64,000 bases of DNA, taken from NCBI RefSeq assembly GCF_006345805.1, contig NC_043014.1, forward strand, positions 6,696,001 to 6,760,000, in the 5' to 3' direction. Made by a program: the position numbers and the translations under genes. Of this stretch, positions 1 to 11,081 are shown piece after piece; positions within the stretch are counted from its first letter, which is position 1, and each line of letters begins with the position of its first letter. The notes beneath the pieces were generated by a model. The model had not been told where the DNA came from, made no database searches, and saw only the letters and a program-made list of their open reading frames with translations. The DNA comes from Octopus sinensis. Its lineage: Eukaryota.

Positions 1-4
1 TCTG

Positions 5-1695
5 CAGCGGTGGGCACAGTTAACCAGAAAGTTAGCTTCGCGAACCGCTAATCCGCTAACTAAAAGGGTCAACTCCGCAAACGCTAAAACCGCTAAGCAG
101 GTGGAAAAAATTAGCGAAAGGTAACGCTAACTAATAACCGCTAAATTCTACGATTCGAACTTAGACTCAGGTTGTTTTTTTGTTTTTTGTTTTTGTTTTT
201 TTAGCTCTAAACCCCCTAAAAACAGACCTAGAGATCTTAAATTTTCATGTTGTAGCTTAGACATAGAGCTTTCCAAAAAGGTGTAGCATGCCAAGATCAG
301 ATGATGATTAAGGTGTACGCAAATAATTAAGTGGACAAATGAAATTAAAGATTAGTTCTTCAGTCAACATACATTTTATTTACTGTACAAAAAGTATTAA
401 GCAAATCAAAAAGGTACAGTATAACATAGGGACCATACTAAAATCAGATGATGATCAACGTGTACTGCTCTGGCTGGGCCTTCTCCATCGCTTCGATGTG
501 ATGCTGGTTGCCCTTCATAAACATTAGTCTCTCAAAGTTATCATCTGACAGGGCGGCTCTCTTGGCTCTCAAAATATCTTTGCGTATAGAGCAGTGGTTT
601 TCAACCAGGGTTCCGCCAGTACAGTCCAGGGGTTCCGCAAGAAGTTACAAAACTGCTAAAATCGGCAGTAATTTTTAATTCTCCTGTGCAGATATGTGTG
701 CATAAGACAATTCAATTATTGCACAGGGGTTCCTCGAGCCAGTGGAATGTTTCCTTGGGGTTCCGCTCCAGCAAAAAGGTTGAAAAGCACTGCTATAGAG
801 AATAGGCGCTCAAGTGCAGTACTGGATGGTATGACGATATTATACTTGGAGAACAGGTTGATCAAGACCTGTTCACCCAAAAAGGCAACTTCAGTCAGGA
901 TCTCCTTCGAGACGTCCTCCAGCTAGGTCTTCACCAAGTTATGCACCTTGGATTTCAGTGACTTGTGGTTCCTGCTCTCCCGGAACAGAATGATGTTGCT
1001 GAAGAAATCATCTTCCTCATTGCTGGTGGTGCGGCTGCTCTCCTCATTGGTCTCCGTTAGAGCTGTCTCTGCGAGATGGTCTCCATGGCGTTCGTTACTC
1101 TGCTGACCTGGCTGTTATTATACTGCTCCAGCCTGAACAGGCGAAACTTAGGGTGGAAAGCAGCGACCAGCTGGTACTCCAAGTCTTCTAGGAGGAGCCC
1201 AAACCTTTTCGTGATGCCTTCCATTATCGCGTCTACTAGAGGACTGCAGTACATATGTCTTAACTTGGTTTCCTTCAACTTCCTGATGGTATCCGCAACA
1301 GTTGGCAGAAGGTTCCCAAGATAGGCCTGGTCCTCCCATTGGATTTTATCCAAGGCCTTGGCAACATTAGACATCACCAGGGCGTACTCCGTCAAGAAGC
1401 CGACATCAGAATCAGTGAAGGTCTGCAGCTTCAGCTGTGTCATCACCCTGGGGACACCTCCCCAATTCTTCTCCAGCAGGTTGTTGAGGACAACAACAGA
1501 GATATAGTTAGAGTTCCATCTGGTACTGTTGGGGACCACCAGCTTCCTCTTCGACGCGTCCAGAATGCTGTCTGCCACCACTGTGGTGCGGTTCTGAAGA
1601 TTCCACAGCCGCTGTGCCTCGGACATGGCCTTCCCGTAAGCCGACTTGAACGAAGCGCTGTCAAGAGATTTGTCGACATCCACGCTGACTACCAA
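5..1695 (-). mobile_element. Decayed hAT-superfamily DNA transposon (3' part: transposase remnant plus terminal region)
   Basis: ORF 1057-1695 has hAT-like motifs (PNSTRWNS, LDKIQ, AAFHPKFRL). After removing the nested MITE and one TSD, the C-terminal dimerisation motif reads PSSTALERLFSIGKDILRAKRAALSDDNFERLMFMKGN, with stop near 444. The terminus CAGCGGTGGGCAC at ~5 is followed by several CGCTAA subterminal repeats (45-145). The ORF is interrupted and 5'-truncated. Confidence 0.85.
592..792. mobile_element. Non-autonomous hAT (Charlie-like) MITE nested in the hAT transposase
   Basis: 15-bp TIRs CAGTGGTTTTCAACC / GGTTGAAAAGCACTG (14/15 match); 8-bp TSD GTATAGAG (584-591) / CTATAGAG (793-800). 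Confidence 0.9.
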
Positions 1696-2053
1696 GCTGA
1701 AGGTATATGTAGATATGTACGCGCGCCCTCTGCCAAATTGCCAAATTCACTCACAAGGCATTGTGAGAGAATTTGACAGACGACCCGGCTATAATAGAAA
1801 ACACTTGCTCAAGGTGACTCACAAAGAATTGTAACTTAAAATTGAAAATATATGTGGTGTGTGTGCACCCACCAAATCTTTTTGGTTTCGTTTCGTTTCT
1901 TTTGTGTTAAATTCCTATATAATCGCAACCTATAACATTTTAAAGGTGTATGTAGCAGATTTCCTTCGAAAATATTCGTCTTTTCTGAAAGTTATGAGGA
2001 AATAAAGTCGTGGTAGGAACACACTCGTGTGGAAATGCCACTTAATTTTAGTC

Positions 2054-2378
2054 GAATCTTTTCGGTTTGAACGGCAGTTTTTAACATAATTTCTAGGTAA
2101 CTAAAAAATTTAATTTCTGCAGTTTCAACCAATCACTGACGTCTATTGAGGTAAAAAAAAAAACATTCTGTGCCGTATGAATATGTCCCTCGTTTAAGAA
2201 ACAGATTGGGTTTATTTACATTTGTGAAGAAAAAAAGATACCCTTCCCACCACCCCTAAACTTAACCCTAACCCTAAAACAGATTGAAATGCAATAGATC
2301 GATTCTATGGTCATAATTATGGGTGACAATTTCATATGACATCGCTAGAAAAAACTGCCGTTCAAACCGAAAAGATCC
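2054..2378. mobile_element. Mutator-like (MULE) MITE
   Basis: ~28-bp TIRs G(A/G)ATCTTTTCGGTTTGAACGGCAGTTTT; exact 9-bp TSD ATTTTAGTC at 2045-2053 and 2379-2387. A 9-bp TSD is typical of Mutator. Confidence 0.8.
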
Positions 2379-2574
2379 ATTTTAGTCACCTATGTAAAAA
2401 TGATGTTTTATTTGTAAAAATCATTTCCGTTTTGTACCGGAGTTCAACGACGTTATTTATCTACATAATCAACAGTTTTACGAATCCCAGAATATGAAAG
2501 GATATAAGTAAATAAATACAATAAGGGATGTTGCACTTCGCCCTAACAAGCGAACTTTGGCTCGCGGTATTAGC

Positions 2575-3101
2575 GAGTTCAAATTCCGCTGAGGTCGACT
2601 TTGCCTTTCATCCTTTCAGGGTCGATTAAATAAGTACCAGTTACGCACTGGGGTCGATGTAATCGACTTAATCCGTTTGTCTGTCCTTGTTTGTCCCGTC
2701 TGTGTTTAGCCCCTTGTGGGTAGTAAAGAAATAGGTATTTCGTCTGCCGTTACGTTCTGAGTTCAAATTCCGCCGAGGTCGACTTTGCCTTTCATCCTTT
2801 CGGGGTCGATAAACTAAGTACCAGTTACGCACTGGGGTTGATATAATCGACTTAATCCGTTTGTCTGTCCTTGTTTGTCCCCCCTGTTTAGCCCCTTGTG
2901 GGTAGTAAAGAAATAGGTATTTCGTCTGCCGTTACGTTCTGAGTTCAAATTCCGCCGAGGTCGACTTTGCCTTTCATCCTTTCGGGGTCGATAAACTAAG
3001 TACCAGTTACGCACTGGGGTTGATATAATCGACTTAATCCGTTTGTCTGTCCTTGTTTGTCCCCCCTGTTTAGCCCCTTGTGGGCAGTAAAGAAATAGGT
3101 A
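2575..3101 (+). repeat. Tandem trimer (~182-bp unit) of tRNA-related SINE family B body
   Basis: Three copies of GAGTTCAAATTCCGCCGAGGTCGACTTTGCCTTTCATCC...GGGTAGTAAAGAAATA joined by GAAATAGGTATTTC. Confidence 0.85.
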
Positions 3102-3501
3102 TTAGCAATACGAGATGGGAGATAAATCTAAAGAAATCATTTTGTGGTGGAATAATATTCAAAGGGGGAACAACTTTACCTCGACACCGTCCTCATGCGA
3201 AAACTCTGAAAAACTTCGGTAGGGAATCTTTGTCTTTTAATCATTAAATTAGGGAAATAGCTTAATTCCTTATTCTTCTTAAACGGTTAGTATATGTGCC
3301 GTTAATCCCTCGTGTTAATTAAATGTATACACTCACAAATTTAGTTTTAATGCAAATTTGGGGAAGGTTTCTTTTTTCCGGGTTACCCTGGTGTGAAGAA
3401 GGATTCTTCGACCTCGAAGATGTTCCCCCGAGTTTGACTTGAAAATTTTGAAGTAAAAAAAAAATGCAGTAAGGTCCCAACACTTTCACATACTTTACCA
3501 A

Positions 3502-4066
3502 GGGTACTACTAGCGAACAGTGGTCCAGGTGCGCGCACTTGCGCATCCGCGCTAGCTAGTCGTAAGTAGTCGATCCTACAACGACTTTTTAACCCTAACC
3601 CTGACCTTAGTTTGTTTATAAAAATAATTGGCGAACCGAAACTATGCCAAACTATGCCAAATAATTTATTTAATTAGTTTAAAAAATTATTTACTTTGTT
3701 CGAAAAATATTATTTAATTTCCTTTGATATGTATTCAGCCTTGAAATACAAAAATACGCGCAAGTCGTTGTAGGATCGACTACTTACGACTAGCTAGCGC
3801 GAGTGCACGCACCGGGACCACTGTTCGCTAGTAATACCCAACCAACAATATAACTGGGACGAATTTCATCTCAGCTTGGGTGGTTGACGTGCTAGAAATG
3901 GCAGCCAAATTCCCATTATAACCTTCCTACTCTTAAAATAAACGATATAAATGACTAAATTACATAATATAATATTAAATATACACGCAAGTCTTTATAG
4001 GATCGACTACTTACGACTAGCTAGCGCGAGTGCGCGCACCGGGACCACCGTTCGCTAGTAGTACCC
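3502..4066. mobile_element. TIR element/MITE with a duplicated right end
   Basis: ~85-bp left TIR GGGTACTACTAGCGAACAG... (from 3502); reverse-complement copies at ~3760-3839 and ~3990-4066; flanked by the direct repeat ACATACTTTACCAA (3488-3501, 4067-4080). Confidence 0.8.
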
Positions 4067-5084
4067 ACATACTTTACCAAGGAGGTTTAGCGACATCTAG
4101 ATGATATAGATTTTATTAAAACCACCTTTTCTTTCATACCTGACGGAGACACTAAGTTACATGATAATCCTCTTCCGTTGTTATAAAAATCACCTGAAAG
4201 TAAATATAACCTTTGTCCTCTGGAACTCTGAGTAAATCATCGAGATATATTTTTGTCTTTAAAGAGTATCCGCGGTGCCATGAAATGCCGTATGTTTTTG
4301 TTTTACTTCTGATATTAGACCCCTTATCTTGACCTTGGCAATAAAACTCCCGCAAGTCATCTTGAATTTATAGTGTCGGAATTTAAAAGACTAATGAATG
4401 CTGTTTATTTTTTGGTAATTATCACTTGACCTCTAGTTTATTAAAAATAATAAAAGTTACCTTTCTTGCGGCGTAAAAAATTCTTGTTCAGTGTTAATGC
4501 TTCATTCTAGGTAAACTTAGTCATGCGAGAATTTTAAGCCTTAACGTCCCTTTTTTTGTTTTGGGGTTTAGTTTTCCTATGAGTGTATCGAGGTTTTCCT
4601 TAACTAACGTGTGTCTTTCTTTCATATTGTTCAATGTTTCAGGACATTACAGCATCATTTAAAAAAAGGTTTGGCTGTTATTTCTAGCACCCCGAATGCC
4701 TATATTCTGTCGGCGGTCGACTTTGCCCTTCATCCTTTCTGTGTCGATAAAATAAGAATCACTTGAATACATATATATCATCATCATCATCATCGTTTAA
4801 CGTCCGCTTTCCGTGCTAGCATGGGTTGGACGATTTGACTGGTCTGGCGAACCAGGTGGCTGCACCAGACTCCAATCTTGATCTGGCAGAATTTCTACAG
4901 CTGGATGCCCTTCCTAACGCCAACCACTCCGAGAGTGTAGTGGGTGCTTTTACGTGCCACTGGCACAAAGGCCAGTTACGCAGTACTGGCAACATATATG
5001 TATATATAAAACATCCATTGATTGATTGATTCTAGTTTCAGCTCATGAGCTATGGCCATGCTGGGGCACAGCCATTTGGTGTTG

Positions 5085-6250
5085 CTACTTGGTTTTACTT
5101 CACAAACGCTTTCTAGCAACTGCCATTTGGTGCATGAGAGAGTTCGATGCAGCTGCCCTCATCTGCACCTCCTGCCGTGAAGTTGGTTCATCTGGGACAC
5201 CTGATAGGAAGAGATCCAGTTTCATTTTAAAGACATCTGCATCCACCCCATGCAGGTCTCTCAGGTTCTTCGGGAGGATATTGAAGAGCTGTGGGCCTCG
5301 GGCAGCAAGTCATTTTCTTCAAGGAAGGTGATCAGTTTCCTTCTGACTATTCGTTCCATGACCTTGCTGATGTGTGAGGTCAGAGAGATAGGTCTGTAGT
5401 TCTTGGCCTCCGCTCTGCTACCTCCTTTATGAATGGGGCATATTTTACCTTCCTTCAGTTTTCTTGGAAGTTTGCCAGCTGCAAGGAAGCTCTGAAAGAG
5501 AAACTGCAGTGGTCTTGCTAGGACTCTCTTACATGCTTTTAGGAGGATTGCCGGGAATCCATCGGGGCCAGTAGCTGAGTCTGTTTTCATTTCATCTGGC
5601 TTGCATTACAGACATGAAGTGTTGAAGTTTCACGTCGATGTCTGGCGAGGAGAGACATTTAGGCCAGTTTTGTTTGAGGATCTCTTTCTCAATTTGTTTC
5701 CAGTTTGCTTTATGGTAGTTCAAGATGGAAAGATTCTGAGGGTTTCTTGTAGGCTGCATGTCCGTGCTCTCTTTTGGCCCGTACATGGTCAGCTCTACCA
5801 TGTTGTGATCCGAGAGTAGTGTCGGTGTCACTTTCACATTATGGATGAGAGCCATATTATTTGTGAAGCAGAGATCCAGTGTGTTACCTGCCCTGGTTGG
5901 TTGGAGTATTACTTGCTCCATGTACAGGGTGTTGATGAGGTTCAGGAGGGACCTCGCCTGTCCTCGTTCACATCTTGTCATTCCTGGGAGAGAAAGGCCC
6001 TTGGGCCATCTGACATTGGGTAGATTGAAGTCTCCCATAAGAAGTACACTTATGTGTTGTTCTAATGTGATTAGAACTTCTTCTATTTTTATAAGGCAGT
6101 CTTCAAACTTGCCTACATGGCTTGGGGCATCTGGAGGGCGATATGTAGCACACACAACTACATCGAGTTGCCTTATGTGTACAATTAGTGTGTCACACAC
6201 CGAGTTTGAGTATGACAAAAGGACATTGTTCATGTTTGCATGAGTTGGAG
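5085..6250 (-). mobile_element. CR1-type LINE ORF2 remnant with two internal deletions
   Basis: APE endonuclease motifs (YRPP, MGDFNLP, PTRAGNTLDL) in 5592-6233; RT N-terminus (SATGPDG, NYRPISLTSHISKVMERIV) in 5261-5590; then directly the C-terminus (PQLFNILPKNLRD...VPDEP...AASNSL). Confidence 0.85.
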
Positions 6251-6309
6251 AGTGTGACCAGAGCTGACAAGCTTAGGGGCTGCACCATACTCCAGACTGA
6301 TTTGGCATG

Positions 6310-6735
6310 GTTTCTTATTTCTTTATTGTCCACAAGGGGCTACACACAGAGGGGCTAAACAAGGACAGACAAACGGATTAAGTCGATTACATCGATCCCA
6401 GTGCGTAACTGGTACTTATTTAATCGACCTCTGAAAGGATGAAAGGCAAAGTCGACCTCAACATAGGTATTAAGTCGATTAGATAGAGCCCAGTGTGTAA
6501 CTGGTACTTAATTTATCGACCCCGAAAGGATGAAAGGCAAAATCGACCTCAACGGAATTTGAACTCAGAACATGACAGCAGACGAAATACCTATTTCTTT
6601 AGTACCCACAAGGGGCTAAACATAGAGGGGACAAACAAGGACAGATAAAGGGATTAAGTTGATTACATCAACCCCAGTGCATAACTGGTACTTAATTTAT
6701 CGGAGGGCGGTGAGCTGGCAGAATCGTTAGCACGC
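6310..6735 (-). repeat. SINE family B multimer (head plus 2 bodies)
   Basis: Reverse complement of the unit seen at 2575-3101, with the same junction. Confidence 0.75.
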
Positions 6736-6872
6736 CGGGCGAAATGCATAGCCGTTTTTCATGTGCCGTTACGTTCTGAGTTCAAATTCCGCCGACCAAA
6801 GCCTTGTGAGTGGATTTGGTAGACGGAAACTGAAAGAAGCCCGTCGTATATATGCATATATGTATATATATA

Positions 6873-6922
<50 letters not shown>

Positions 6923-7381
6923 GCGTGTGTTTGTCCCCCTAGCATTGCTTGACAACCGATGCTGGTGTGTTTATGTCCCCGTTACTTAGCGGTTCGGCAA
7001 AAGAGACCGATAGAATAAGTACTGGGCTTACAAAAGAATAAGTCCCAGGGTTGAGTTGCTCGATTAAAAGTGGTGCTCCAGCATGGCCGCAGTCAAATGA
7101 CTGAAACATGTAAAAAAAAAATATATATATGCATCTGTATATGTTTGTGTGTTTTCCCCTGCTACATTGCTTGACAATCAATGTTGGTGTGTTCATGTCC
7201 CCGTAACTTAGCAGTTTGGCCAAAGAGATTGATAGAATAAGTACTAGGCTTACAAAGAATAAGTCCTGGGATCGACTTGCTCAACTAAAGGTGGTGCTCC
7301 AGCATGGCTGCAGTCAGACGACTGAAACAAGTAAAAGAATAAAAGAATGCATATATACATACACATATATGTATATGCATA

Positions 7382-7876
7382 CCATAAATCCTCGAGTATA
7401 ATCTGCATTTTTTCCCCCAAATTTAAAGGTCAAAATCCCTAGTGCGTACTATATACGAGGTTAAAAATGAAAATTATTTTCCAAGCAATGTCCGAGTCTC
7501 TATTTGCTGTCCAGCAATGTTTATTCAGACGCATTTTGTGATGTCGGGTGTGAAAATACCTTAAGCTAAGCCTGAAAGCAATGAAGTCATAAAAGAATCA
7601 TCCATAACTTGCAGTAAGCAACATTTATTAAACGTTATTACTGTTATTTCTTTATTTTCTGCAAACAAAATGCACAAAAAAGCTACACCTTTGCATTATG
7701 TTATACATACAATAATATAAAGGACGTTACCGTATACATTTTTACAAACCAAGGACGTTATATAGACCTCCTTGACTCAAGTATTATACACAAGGTTTAG
7801 GTTTTTCAGAGGTACAGACCCCTAAAAATCCCCTGCATATTATATGCAAGGGCGGACTATACTCGAGGATTTACGG
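7382..7876. mobile_element. pogo/Tigger-like MITE
   Basis: TIRs CCATAAATCCTCGAGTATA / TATACTCGAGGATTTACGG; TA immediately 5' (7380-7381). The right TA is missing where a CR1 fragment abuts. Confidence 0.7.
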
Positions 7877-8161
7877 TTCTTCACTCCAGAGCGTCGGCTG
7901 CGGGGTCATTCCGAAAAGCTCTACCTGCGACGATTTCGTCTCAATCAAAGGAGAAGAGCTTTCTCCATCCGGGTTGCGGATCCGTGGAACAAGCTGCCAG
8001 ACGAGATGGTGAAGATGCCGACGACCGCTTTGTTCAAAGTCTCCCTTGACCTCAAGTGGCCTGAACTCTTTACATGAACACCACCCTGTACTTAACTCCT
8101 TGTCCCCCTACATGGCCTTGCTATTAGCTTTTGAGCCAAATTAACTAACTAACTAACTAAC
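7874..8161 (+). mobile_element. CR1 LINE 3' end with (TAAC)n tail
   Basis: RLRGHSEKL...RRAFSIRVADPWNKLP...FKVSLD* followed by a short 3'UTR and (TAAC)n; near-identical shorter copy at 56506-56670. Confidence 0.85.
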
Positions 8162-8537
8162 ATATATATATATATATGTAAATGGCACCTATGCCAGTGG
8201 CATGTAAAAAGCACCCATTACACTCTTGGAGAGGTCATGTTAGGAAGGGCATCCAGCCAAACCAAGCCAAATCAGACTGGAACCTAGTGCAGCCCTCCAA
8301 ATTACCAGTTCCAGTTAAACTGTCCAATCCATGCCAGCATGGAAAGCAGACGTTAAATGATGATGATGATGATAAAAGAAATACACATTGTGCTTCTTCA
8401 GTTTCCTTGTACTGATTTCGCTCACAAGATATTGGTTAACCCTCATCTATACTATGTCTAACGAAGAATATTTCGGAGAAGATATAGATGAATAACAAGT
8501 GCTTTTAGAGGAAAGAAATGTAGACAAACAACAACCG

Positions 8538-8606
8538 GTGAGTGTATTTATAGACATCGTTAGTATAGCTCTTTCAAAATATAATGGATTTTTTTTTCTT
8601 TTGCAG
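8538..8606 (+). other. Candidate 69-nt 5'UTR intron of MTERF4
   Basis: Donor CCG|GTGAGT at 8538; polypyrimidine tract and CAG ending at 8606. Confidence 0.55.
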
Positions 8607-8653
8607 GTATTTACGAAATTCTTGACAATCTTGAGAATATGGTATGACTGGAG

Positions 8654-9796
8654 ATGTTGCCTAACATGTTTCCAAAATCTCTCTTTGACTGGAGAAATGT
8701 CAGGGTACTCTTTTCTAAATCATTATGGCAAGTATTATGTAAGCAACAAAATGCTTACCACCACTGTCCACTGTTTAGAACTAAATCTATAAACTTATTT
8801 CCACCATGTCCAAACTTTCCACTTGTCCCTGCATTTATCTGCTGCCAACCAAAAAGGTACATCGTTAACCAAGCACCTCACCCCTACAATGTGTCCGAAT
8901 TGGTCGTAAGTATTAAAGAAAAGGCAACACACGTTGATAAAATGATCGCCTCAGTTCCTGACAAAACTATCTGTAGCTACATCACTATACTTGAAGGTCT
9001 CAACATGCCCTTGGACGGGATAAAAGCACTCTTAGGGGACAACCCGGAATTGCTGAAGATTCCTGTAAAAAATTGGCAAAACGTTCTTAAGACACTGAAT
9101 GATTATGGTATCAAAAACAAACCAATGTTGAAAACTTTACACAACTATCCCCTTATTCTTGGCCAGAACCCTAATCAATTAAGTACCGTATTTAACAGTT
9201 TACGGACGTTGAAGATCTCTGATAACAGCTTGAGGCAGATGATCACTCATAACCCAGAGATTGTGTCTTTTGAACCAAATTTGTTGGTGAAGAGAGCAAG
9301 GGAATTACAGACTCTGTTTAAAATGGATGATGTTATTTTATTTATCCGAAAGTCTCCGCACATTCTCACCGAAGACTGGGAGATGATTAGGAAGAAATTC
9401 AATTATGTTTTTTCCGAAATGGGCATCACACAACCACAGATGAGATATTCAAATCTCTTTCATCATTCCTTGGATCATATCAGAACCAGGCATCTTTGGG
9501 TGTACAGAACTGGTTTCTTCAAGAAAAGCAAACACAAAGAAGAGAAACAATTGAATCCTCGCCTTGATACGATTTTGGATTTGTCTGACAAAGAATTTGC
9601 AGAGAAATTTGGGAATATGTCTAAGAAGGATTACCAAACATTTTGCAAATTGCTACAACAAGAAATTGAAGATGACTACGATGATGACGAGGGTTATGAT
9701 AGTGATGATGACGACGATGATGACGATGACGATGAGGATGATGATGACGACGACGACGATGATGATGATGATGATGATAAATGGCAGAAACGTTAG
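8654..9796 (+). CDS. MTERF4: Mitochondrial transcription termination factor 4 (MTERF4), 380 aa, single coding exon
   Basis: Uninterrupted ORF with an in-frame TGA at 8645-8647 upstream of the ATG. N-terminus resembles a mitochondrial presequence, followed by mTERF-type helical repeats. The C-terminal region (KFNYVFSEMGI...HIRTRHLW...NPRLDTILDLSDKEF...YQTFCKLL) matches the recalled human MTERF4 pattern (KFQYAYFRMGI...KIKQRHIY...NPLLKDILRVSEAEF...FQVFKKLL), then a long acidic tail. Acceptor TTTTGCAG at 8605-8606. Confidence 0.9.
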   Translation: MLPNMFPKSLFDWRNVRVLFSKSLWQVLCKQQNAYHHCPLFRTKSINLFPPCPNFPLVPAFICCQPKRYIVNQAPHPYNVSELVVSIKEKATHVDKMIASVPDKTICSYITILEGLNMPLDGIKALLGDNPELLKIPVKNWQNVLKTLNDYGIKNKPMLKTLHNYPLILGQNPNQLSTVFNSLRTLKISDNSLRQMITHNPEIVSFEPNLLVKRARELQTLFKMDDVILFIRKSPHILTEDWEMIRKKFNYVFSEMGITQPQMRYSNLFHHSLDHIRTRHLWVYRTGFFKKSKHKEEKQLNPRLDTILDLSDKEFAEKFGNMSKKDYQTFCKLLQQEIEDDYDDDEGYDSDDDDDDDDDDEDDDDDDDDDDDDDDKWQKR

Positions 9797-10000
9797 CATG
9801 CCGGGCGAATTGCATCGCCGTATTTCATCTCTCTTTATGTTCTGAGTTCAAATTCCACCGAGGTCGACTTTGCCTTTCATCCTTTCGGGGTCGATAAATT
9901 AAGTACCAGTTATGCACTGGGGTCGATGTAATCGACTTAATCCGTTTGTCTGTTCTTCTTTGTCCCCTCTGTATTTGGCCCCTTGTGGGTAGTAAAGAAA
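9782..10000 (+). mobile_element. SINE family B copy overlapping the last MTERF4 codons and 3'UTR
   Basis: TGGCAGAAACGTTAGCATGCCGGGCGAA...GAGTTCAAATTCC... matches family heads at 35490, 37289 and 54488. Confidence 0.85.
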
Positions 10001-10329
10001 GAGATAAATGATGAATGGTAATAATGATGGTGATGGTGGTGATGATGATGTTGAGCATTATCACATTGCTAATCATCATCATCATCATCGTTTAACATCT
10101 GCTTTCCATGCTAGCATGGGTTGGACGGTTCACCTGGGGTCTGGGAAGCCAGAAGGCTGCACCAGGCCCAGTCTGATCTGGCAGTGTTTCTACAGCTGGA
10201 TGCCCTTCCAATGTTAATAAATAAATATTTCAAGTAAAATGTTTCGTTGTTGTTTTATTAGCTGTAATTAATCACCACAGTGATTAATTTTTTTTAATAA
10301 TGGGTTTTTTTTTTTCCAATGGATCTCTG

Positions 10330-10680
10330 GAGTACCGTTCCTCAACAGAGTACGTTGCTCAGAGATCAGGGAATCTCTTCAGGTCAAGCTCTTATTTCAC
10401 TGCATCGAGAGGTCACAACTCCATTACTACAAACATGTGATTAAAATGTCACAGTGAAGAATCTCAAGACAGATTCTTCAAGGCAGAAGACCTTGCTGCA
10501 GACCAAGAACAATATTGTTGGGTAATATCCATAGTCACAATTGGTCATATTTGGAAATCCAACCTGAATGTGTAATGACAGTTGTTCTTGATAGGATCCA
10601 ATGGAGAAGGACTCTACCCTCGTGACCTTCCGTACTCCCAGGAACAGCAGGCAGAGAAAGTAGGTGGATGGTTGGATACT
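10330..10680 (+). mobile_element. Degenerate RTE-like LINE ORF C-terminus
   Basis: Translates to IERSQLHYYKHVIKM...RQILQGRRPCCRPRT...DRIQWRRTL, resembling the RTE C-terminal RWFGHVxRM/GRPR/DRxxWR motifs. Confidence 0.55.
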
Positions 10681-11081
10681 CTTTTACTTGTTTCAGTCAT
10701 TTGATTGTGGCCATGCTGGAGCACCACCTTTAGTCGAGCAAATCAACACCAGGACTTATTCTTTGTAAGCCTAGTAGTTATTCTATCGGTCTCTTTAGCC
10801 GAACCGCTAAGTTACAGGGACATAAACACACCAGCATCAGTTGTCAAGCGATGTTGGGGGGGACAAACACAGACACACAAACATATACTCACACATATAT
10901 ATAAGTATATATATATGTATATGACGGGCTACTTTCAGTTTCCGTCTACCAAATCCACTACAAGGCTTTGGTTGGCCCGAGTCTATAGTAGAAGACACTT
11001 GCCCAAGGTGCCACGCAGTGGGACTGAACCCAGAACCATGTGGTTGGTTAGCAAGCTACTTACCACACAGCCACTCCTACG
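10678..11081 (-). mobile_element. tRNA-derived SINE family A (full length)
   Basis: Reverse complement of a head with A-box TGGCTGTGTGG and B-box GGTTCAGTCCC, internal (TA)n(TG)n, tail GACTGAAACAAGTAAAAGAGT. Confidence 0.8.

Noticed and set aside
2255-2280. CCCTAA motifs as interstitial telomere (also ~3590-3605)
   Set aside because: Only 2-3 imperfect copies, internal to MITEs.
4152-4355. Minus-strand 67-aa ORF with a CAG|GTGATT donor as the first exon of another gene
   Set aside because: Starts at TTG, has no in-frame ATG, an upstream stop, and no recognisable homology.
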